A stretch of 42,520 nucleotides of DNA. It comes from a virus (Duplodnaviria; Caudoviricetes). Each line of letters opens with the position of its first letter. The first letter of the stretch is position 1. Under the pieces are notes generated by a model. The model was not told where the DNA came from, ran no database searches, and saw only the letters and a list, made by a program, of their open reading frames with translations. A program made the position numbers and the translations under genes. The DNA lies in IMG/VR virus record IMGVR_UViG_3300005589_000052, positions 1 through 42,520 of that record; one strand, given 5' to 3'. Positions 24,884 through 32,900 of the stretch are shown here, one piece after another.

Positions 24884-25320
24884 GCAGCTTCAACAAGGTG
24901 ATCCTCATGGGTCGGCTGACCCGCGATCCCGAGGTGCGCTTCACCCAAGGCGGCATGGCGATCTGCGGCTTGTCCATCGCCGTCAATGAGCGGTTCAAGG
25001 GCAGCGACGGTGATTGGCAGGACCGGGCCACGTTCGTTGACGTGACGATCTTCGGCAAGCGAGGCGAGGCGTTCGCGGCCTATCACAAGTCCGGGTCGGC
25101 AGCGTTCATCGAAGGCAAGCTGCGCCTCGACCAGTGGGACGACAAGCAGTCGGGCGCAAAGCGCTCCAAGCTCTTTGTAGTGGCCGATTCCTTCGAGTTC
25201 GTGAATGGAGCCGAGAAGAAGGAGAAGTCTTCTCAGGGCGGCGCAGAGGACGACTACGGGCCGGATAGCTGGAGCGCGCCCGCGCACGACCAGGGCAACT
25301 TTGACAACTCCCCGTTTTGA
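24880..25320 (+). CDS. ssb: single-stranded DNA-binding protein
   Basis: FNKVILMGRLTRDPE...IEGKL...acidic tail ending in PF. Confidence 0.95.
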   Translation: MSSFNKVILMGRLTRDPEVRFTQGGMAICGLSIAVNERFKGSDGDWQDRATFVDVTIFGKRGEAFAAYHKSGSAAFIEGKLRLDQWDDKQSGAKRSKLFVVADSFEFVNGAEKKEKSSQGGAEDDYGPDSWSAPAHDQGNFDNSPF

Positions 25321-25589
25321 AGCGGCGCAAGAAGAGACGCGGGCTAACGCTCGCCGAGATCCCCATCCGTGACCACGGGGTCTGTCAGAACCCCGAGTGC
25401 GGTAAGATCCTCCCCGATGTCGTCAAGGTCGATGGGCGTTGGCGGCGGGCACCGATGAAGTCCCACTGCAACAAACGCTGCCAGGGCGCGGCGCGGGCCG
25501 TTGGCACCATGCTCTGGATCAAGAAGCAAAAGCCGTGGGCTCTCGAAATGCTGGCAGACGTGTTGAGCACTCCGCACGTCTCTAGCTAG
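25317..25589 (+). CDS. Zn-binding hypothetical protein
   Basis: CQNPEC...CNKRC. Confidence 0.55.
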   Translation: MKRRKKRRGLTLAEIPIRDHGVCQNPECGKILPDVVKVDGRWRRAPMKSHCNKRCQGAARAVGTMLWIKKQKPWALEMLADVLSTPHVSS

Positions 25590-25599
25590 AGCCTCCCGC

Positions 25600-26058
25600 C
25601 TACTCCTCCGGTGGTCGAGGCTCGGCCCGCTCAAGTTTCCCGGCCAGGGGCTTGGGCGGGTCTTTCTTTTTGAACACCGCGAGGATGCCGTTCTTGATGC
25701 GCCTCGCCGGGCTCGGGAAGAGCCAGACCAAGACGGTGTAGCCGATGAGCCACACCAGGAACTGATTCACGAAATAGGTGAGCTGGTCGAGCAGGCCGAC
25801 CGGGTTGCCGTTCGCGTTCCCCGTCGTGATCTTCTCGAAGAGGTTGTCTTTCTTCTCGCGCTCGACTTGCCCATCCACGGCTTGAGCCACCGCGCTGCCG
25901 ATAAGCCCTCCGAAGAATGCGCCGATGGGGCCGAAGACCATCACGCCAATGGTTGCCCCGCTCGCAGCCGGAAGCGCCCTCTCGCTCACGCTGTAGACAC
26001 CCTTGAGCATCGTGCATGAGGCGAGGAGGCAGAGCGCTAGAGCGGCAAGCCTACGCAT
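25600..26058 (-). CDS. lipoprotein with glycine zipper and C-terminal TM segment (unimolecular-spanin-like topology)
   Basis: Start re-called at ATG 26058; lipobox LASC; GxxxG zipper; TM FLVWLIGYTVLVWLF. Confidence 0.6.
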   Translation of the reverse strand: MRRLAALALCLLASCTMLKGVYSVSERALPAASGATIGVMVFGPIGAFFGGLIGSAVAQAVDGQVEREKKDNLFEKITTGNANGNPVGLLDQLTYFVNQFLVWLIGYTVLVWLFPSPARRIKNGILAVFKKKDPPKPLAGKLERAEPRPPEE

Positions 26059-26272
26059 CACGCTCAGGGATCTCGTCAAGCCACCGCTTGAGCCGGGGGA
26101 TGCCGATCCAGGCAGAGAGGCCGATGGCCAAGATCGTGCAGACCGCGCCAACCAAGCGCATCCACGCCGGGACGAACTCTGCCTGGGCAAGCCCCGCGCC
26201 AGCGAGGGCGACGGTGCCGAGCGTGCCGAAGATCGTTTTGTTGCGGGGGCCGCGCTTGTTCTTGTTCATCAC
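26051..26272 (-). CDS. holin-like small membrane protein
   Basis: 73 aa, two TM segments, charged ends. Confidence 0.5.
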   Translation of the reverse strand: MMNKNKRGPRNKTIFGTLGTVALAGAGLAQAEFVPAWMRLVGAVCTILAIGLSAWIGIPRLKRWLDEIPERDA

Positions 26273-26424
26273 GGGTCCGGGGGGAAGTCGATTTGCATGG
26301 ACGCGATCATCGAGTTATGGCGCTGCCGCCAAGACGCTTCGCTTTCACCGGAGTTGCGCCCGGTCTCCACGAAGTATGTCTCGCCGCCGCTTTTCCATTC
26401 GTAATAAAGGGGGACTTCTGGCAC
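26269..26424 (-). CDS. 51-aa protein MPEVPLYYEWKSGG... (not in the ORF track)
   Basis: GTG start overlaps the upstream TAG; GTGA overlap downstream; fills the gap exactly. Confidence 0.65.
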   Translation of the reverse strand: MPEVPLYYEWKSGGETYFVETGRNSGESEASWRQRHNSMIASMQIDFPPDP

Positions 26425-26672
26425 TACTCTTGGGCCTCCGCGATCTCAATGGCCTCCTTGAGACGCTCCTTGAAATCCTCTGCGCTCTCTCCCACCATGC
26501 GGTCGACTTTCGCCGTCGCACCATTGGAGAGCTTCTTTCCGATTGATTGCCCTGTGAACTCGACAGATGGTTCCATTGCTTTTTGCCTGCTAGAGACTTG
26601 GAGGAGGAGGATGACGATCACCACGAGTACGATGAGCGTGGCGATTTGAAGGATTTCGGCGCGAGCCCTCAT
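26424..26672 (-). CDS. membrane-anchored small protein
   Basis: Start re-called at ATG 26672; one N-terminal TM segment. Confidence 0.65.
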   Translation of the reverse strand: MRARAEILQIATLIVLVVIVILLLQVSSRQKAMEPSVEFTGQSIGKKLSNGATAKVDRMVGESAEDFKERLKEAIEIAEAQE

Positions 26673-26676
26673 GGTT

Positions 26677-26994
26677 CTAGGGGCGCTCCTCCAGGCGGTC
26701 AAGGCGCTTCAGGATTGCCTGGATGTGGGTCATTACCGTCTCGTTTGGCGGGCGGCCTGCGAGGTCGTCGATGCGCTTGTCCATGCTGCGAAGGTCGTCG
26801 CGCAAGTCGCTCACGTCTTCGGTCACCCCGTCGATTCCCATCTGGAGGGGCTTGAGCTGCATCGAGGACATCCACCCGACGAGAGGGACGACGAGCAGGA
26901 GCAGGCCGACTTGAACGCCGGGGAGGATTGAGTCCGTCGTGAACCGGCGCGGCTCTGGCTCGGGCCCTTCGTCTGCTTGTGTTTTATGTGTCAT
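26677..26994 (-). CDS. TM plus coiled-coil protein (lysis-cluster-like)
   Basis: One TM segment followed by heptad repeats; ATGA coupling to the polyvalent gene. Confidence 0.65.
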   Translation of the reverse strand: MTHKTQADEGPEPEPRRFTTDSILPGVQVGLLLLVVPLVGWMSSMQLKPLQMGIDGVTEDVSDLRDDLRSMDKRIDDLAGRPPNETVMTHIQAILKRLDRLEERP

Positions 26995-29900
26995 TGGTCG
27001 GACTTGGCTTCCTGGAACGTGCGGTTGAAGGCGCGGATCTCAGCATACAACTCGACTTCAAGCCGCGCACGCTCATCGTCGTCAGTCGTCGCGGCGATTT
27101 CTTTTTGCATCTGCTTGCGAATCTTCTCCAAGAGCTTGACTTCGCCAGCAAGGTCGATTACCGGGCCGACCTCCGCGTAGAGTTCTGCGGCCTTCAGGTC
27201 GTGCCCGGGCTCCTCAGAGGCGAGGTAGTTTTCGTAGAGATCGGCCTGCACCAGCACATCTTGGCTGTTCGCGTAGTAGTCGTAGTAGCCCTTTCGCGCG
27301 CTCTCCTCTCGGAACAGGTGCCGGACGAACGGGGCGCGCGCGGCGGCGGCGGACATGTCGCCCTTGGTTGCGAGGGAGCCCGCGTCGAGCGCGTTGTTGA
27401 ACACCCGCGCGGTACCCCCCAGGCCGACCCCGAAGATGTAGCGCAAGGTTTCAGGGTGTATGTCAACGCCGCCTGACGAGAACTTGTCGCCCCCAGTCGC
27501 GGAGTTCATCAGGCGCGCAGCGTCCTTCCAAACATCAGCCGTGTAGTCGCGGCCCGATTCGGAGCGCGGGCCAGGCGTGCGGTCGAAGTCCGAGGCTCCC
27601 GAATAGATCTTGGAGCCCTTCCAGTCCTGGTTGACGGCCAGCTCGACAAGCGGGTCTGTGATCGTCGGCGAGAGTAGCCGGAGGGCCGACTGGTAAGAAA
27701 CATCGTGGGCATCGCCTACCGGGGAAAAGCTCGACATCGCCGACGATGCCATGTTGGCGAACCCTTCGAGCGCGCCCGTCTCGCCGCGCCCCGCCGACGT
27801 TCGGGCCATCGCCGACATCGTGCGCCCTGCCGTGGCAAAGAACGAGTAGCCGTAAGGCATCGGGACGGAGAGGTACCCGCTTTCTCCCATGCCCGTATAG
27901 ATCTGCAAGTACCGATCCTTTTCGTGCTCGGGATTCGCGTCCCACCGACTGCGCCCGTCGTCGTCGTCGCCGGAGAGCCAGTAGTTGAGCTGGTCGAGCA
28001 TCGCGGCAAAGAGCATGATCGAGGCGGCGATCTTGCGCCCGCGCTTTGTCGTGACGGTGGATGCCATCATGCGAGCGGTGCCCTGGATGCCCGCGTTTGC
28101 GAACATGTACATACCCGAAAGCCAGCGCTGTTCACCCCGCGTGTTGAAGTCGATGGTGAGCGTCTTCGCAAGCTCGGCAGCCTGGGTGTCGCTCATGCCA
28201 AGCTCCTCAACGGCGTACCGGAACGCGGACAAGCGCACGCCGTTCTCAACGGCCTCGTTCAACTCGGTGATGAACTCCAGCACCTTGGCGGCGTAGTCAA
28301 TCCCCTTCCGCAGACCTTCGGGGCTGTCCATCGCCTTTCGGATGGCCTTCTCCATGTCCGCCTGGATCTCTTCGACCCCGCGCGCGTGGAAGTATCCCGT
28401 CTTCCCGCCAGCCGCGCGCAACCGATCCCACCACGGGGTCCACTCGCTGTCCTTCCCGCGCTGCGAACGGTAGATGCCGCGCACGGCAGACGGGGCCCGC
28501 TTCGAGATGTCCTTTGCGGCCTTCCAGCCCTGGCCTTCACCAAGCACAAGCCCGGCAGTCTGCAAGTCCTTCACGAAGTTGGTGAAGACGAACTCAAGGT
28601 TCAAGCTCGTGTTGATCGCGGACTGATACCGAACGTAGGCGCGCATCGCCTTCATGATCGCGCCCGACTCCTCGACGTTGCCGCCCTTGAATGCGCGGGA
28701 TAGGGCCTGGGCCTTGTCGTTGAAGACGATGACCTTGGCCTTTCGCCCCTTGCCCTCGCCATCGTAGAACTGAATCGCGTCCTCGCGCCAATCCTCGCGC
28801 ATCTCCCAATGCTCGCGCATGATGCCATCTTGGTCCATCTTGACCTTGACGGGCACATCGTAGATGTTCCAGAAGTTCTTGTCGGGGAAGGCTTCGATCA
28901 GCTTGCGCAGCGTGTCCACCACGCGCTTCTTCTCCGCCTTGAAGATCGCGTCCTCAACGGCTCGCACCGTGTTCAGGACCACGTTGTCCGGCGCAGACTT
29001 CCGCCCGCCACGCCGCTTGATCCCTGGACCCGTGGACTGGAAGCCCTTGGCCATCCCCATCTTGGGCTTGCCGCGCCGCTTCATCTCGTGGACGAGTGGG
29101 ACGTAATGCTTGAAGCCCGTCTTGGCGATGGCTTCTTCAAGGGCCGGGCTCATCTCGCCCGACTCCCGCAGGATCTTGATGCGCTTGCGGGACTGACGGC
29201 GTAGGAACGCATCTAAGCGCTTGTAGCGATCCGCCAACGGACCAGACTCAAGATCGCGCACGAGTTTGGTAGCGACGCTTGAGCGCACGCTAGAGGCCGG
29301 GTTTGACTCGGGATGCCAAAGGATCGCCTCTTGACCGCCACCCTTCTTCTTGCGCATCCAGTCCGCGTCGGGTGCCGCAGGCTTGCGACCGGGCTTTGAT
29401 GGACGTTCACGGCGAACCGCGATACCATCGGCCACGTCTTTGTTGTACGCATCCCACTTGCGCTTGGCTTCCTTCCACGCCTCAAGCGCGTCGTGCGCCT
29501 TTTGCGCCTCGACTCCCTGCTTGTAGATGTAGGCGTTCGCCTCGGGCGCGTGCTTCGCTAGGGCATAGTCGTGGGCTTCCTCCAGGGTGATGTCTTTGCC
29601 CAGGATGCTCGAAAGCTCCTTCTCAACCTTCTCGCGGTTTGCGTTTAGCGCCTCGTCGAGCTTGCCGTAGTAAAGCCGCTGGGCTCGGCTCACGTTCATC
29701 TCGTCCGGCATCTCCGCGCCCGCCTCTTCCTCAAGGGCTTTTTGGAGTTGGCGCACGGGCAAGAAGAAATCCTGGAACGCACGGCGAGCCTGATCGAAGC
29801 GGCTTAGGCGATCAAACTGAATCGAGCGCATCGAGTCCTCGCCCTCTTGCGCAACGTCCGCTAGGTCACCCTCTTGGGGTGCCGTGGCCCTACGGATGTC

Positions 29901-32900
29901 TGGGTCTGAGGGGGAGAACGTGCCCTGGTTTCCCGTGGCGGATTTGATCTGGGTCGGAGAGAAGGCGACGTAAACCGTGCCGATTCGGTCTTCCACTGGA
30001 TCGTCATGCACATTCTCGAACACCTGCCCGTCACGGCCTGCGGACTGCGCCGCTTTCAGCTCTGAATGCAAGCGGCCTTCGTCCCACATCTCCCCTTTGA
30101 AGTTGAAGGATCTCGGGTCTTGGATCGAAAGGTATACGGGAAGAATGTTTGAACCGAGAGGTGTCTTCCGCTTCGGCTCTTCTTCTAGCTCGATGCGCTC
30201 ATACTCCTCGACGGCGGCAGCATTTGCATCCCAATCGCTCGCCTTGCCCGTCTGGCGCGCCTTCGCCTCCGTCTCTTCGACAGCCCGTTGCGCTTCGCGC
30301 GCATCTCGGCTCCCAAAGGCTTCCGCATATTCTCCAGCAACATCAGCCCGATCAATGAAGAAGAATCCTTCCTTTGCGCTTTCCGCCTTGGTGATCGCTC
30401 CGCGCATCGACTTAGAGAAAGCATAGAACTCTCCCGTCGTCCCGTGGTAAACCACCAACGGCCTGCCCTGCTCGTCCACGACCTTGCTCTCGCCAAACCA
30501 CCTGTAGAACGCCCTCAGCGCTTCGTCCGTTCCTGCAATGGGCCTGCCTTCCGAGTTCAGGCGCGGGCGCTCCGTGCCGTCTACTTCGATGGTCGGGGAG
30601 GTGGCGAAGCGGATGTCGTCTCCACTGCGCTTGCTCTTGCGGGCAGCCTTTTCGAGCGCGTTCGCTCTCGCCTCCGTTCCACTATAGGCGGTTACGGGAA
30701 CACCTGCTCGCTCAAGTATGGCAATAGAAGCTGCGTCGCCTTTTGGGACGAGGGCTGCCTTGAACTCTGAAATAGCAACGGCCCTTTGCGGCTTTGCCTC
30801 AAAGTATTCAGACGGTGCGGCAAGAATGGCTTCACCAAGGCGAACGCCCGCCTCGACACCGCGCTCGATATCGCCTGCAAAATCGTTTCGCCGAAGTGCT
30901 CGGCGAAGTTTCGCCGGAACAACTTTCCCGCGAGACACTGAACTAGCCAGCGCCTTCATCGACCCATCTAGCGCGTCAAACGTGCTGTCCCACTTATATG
31001 CAGGGAGGACCGCTTCGTGGTACGCATCCATCAGCGGCTTCTGAACCGTCTCTTCGTACTCACTAAATGAATTGGTCAGGCGCGAAGCTGCGGCGCGAAT
31101 ATCCTGAATGGATCCAAACTCACGTGCCACCGCTGCTCGGACTTTGCCGGGCCCGTACGTCGCGGACTCCTCCTTGGCTTTTCCAGAGTTCGCAAGCATT
31201 GCGTCAACTACGGCGCTGAGGCTATAGGGCACCTTGCGCCGCCCCATCTCGATGTATGGATCGCGCCATATGCGGTCGAGAAGCGACATGTACCAGTTTC
31301 GGTACGCTTCCTCGCCCGTTTTTCGCTCGGCTGCCTTTACGCGGCGCGTCCAGTCAGGCGTCCGCCCCTCACGCAGGGCACCAGCCGCCCGCTCATAGCC
31401 ACCAAGGCTCCCAAAGTATATCAGCCCATCTTCATTGAACGTGTCCGGCCAATCCGACCGACTTGACATGTCGGACGGGTAGATACGGGCAACGGCAGCG
31501 GCTACTTCATCGCTCAAGCGCAGATGCGCTTGGCTTTCAAAATCAATCTGGCCGCGCACTTCGCGTTCCAAATATTTTAGAAGGTCAGCGTCTTCGCCAG
31601 CCAAGACCCCCCCTATCGGCGGAGACTTCATAAACGGGCGAACGGGTTTCCCAATGGACTCGGCGAAAGCGAGCCTCCACCGAGAATTGCGCCGCGTAAA
31701 GACGGATTCCGCCTCGTCCCGACCCTTGTTCCAGCCGACATTTTCTGCGCGAAGGTTATCGAACGCACCCCAAGTCGTCATGCCTGCCGCTTCCAAGTGC
31801 GGCTTCAACTCATCTACGACGGCTTGCGCAGCTTTGTCATCGCGGCGAAACTTCATGCGAGGGTGGCGCACGGTCCAAGCGTCTGACTCAGCGACCGGAA
31901 CGCCCCGTTCTGGGTCCACCATGTCCCGATCAGCAATCAGTGTAATCCGGCCAAAGCCATCGACCGGACCATGAGACACCTTGCGAATGGCGAGACTCGG
32001 CAACGCTATGCCCCCGATCTCCTCCGCATGTGCGAGATTTTCAGCGGAAAGGTTGTGGAGCGCCACAAGGCTGTCGTCTCCGGGAACGACCGCCCAACGG
32101 TCAATCCCCCGCTCGTAGTCCTCGATGGCGGCTTCTGCTGCGGTGGGGCCCGCATCGCGGCGGTAGGTGCGTTCCGGGCCGCGCTCGGAAGCTGGGCGGG
32201 GAACTTCCCCACGTTCCGCACGCAGCCTCTTCGCATCACGATTGCGCTTTTGCTTGAGCCGTTTGCGCTGGGCAGGGGTTAGCTTCTCGTCGATCTCGGG
32301 CGCAACCGCTTTTGCTTTGGGCTTGACTTCCTTGGCCTTGGCCGCGTCTTCGGCGGCTTTCTTTTTGGCCTCGGCTTGCTTTTCCTTCGGGGTCTTCGGC
32401 AGGGGCTCGGCAGCGGCTTCGGCCTCTTGGTCCATCTGCGCGGCCTCGTCGGCCATCGCTTGGTCTTCCTCGGTCGGCAGCGCTTCAAACGTCAGCGTGG
32501 ATTCCCACCATTGCGGCGTGCCCTTCTGCGGTGCGGCGGGCAGCGTCTCGATCTTCGCCTCGCGCATGATGCGGGCCAGCTCTTTCGCCATCGCCACGAC
32601 TTCATCGGGCTTAGCGCCTGCCTTGGTCGTGCGGCCTGCTTGTTCCTTGAGGATCGAGTCCAGGTTCGCAAGGGCTTGCGTGCGCTTCGCCGGGCTGATC
32701 CGTCCACGGGTGAGCTTCGAGACGGCATCCTTGAGCCAAGCCGCGATGCGCTGCAACACGCCCTTGAACTCGGCCACGTCGCTGGGCTTGATGGATTCCG
32801 GGTTCTGGACAAGCGAGTCCACGAGGCGGGACATGTTCTGCGCGCCCCACGCAAAGCCTTCCTCGACAAGCAGGGCTGTGCGCTCGGGGCCATCGGGGAG

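Noticed and set aside
25580-25591. 12-bp palindrome CTCTAGCTAGAG where the two arms converge
   Set aside because: No loop or U tract, so not a credible terminator; one such palindrome can occur by chance
32280-32480. Lys/Ala/Glu-rich repetitive stretch in the polyvalent gene
   Set aside because: Low-complexity protein linker with no discrete DNA repeat unit
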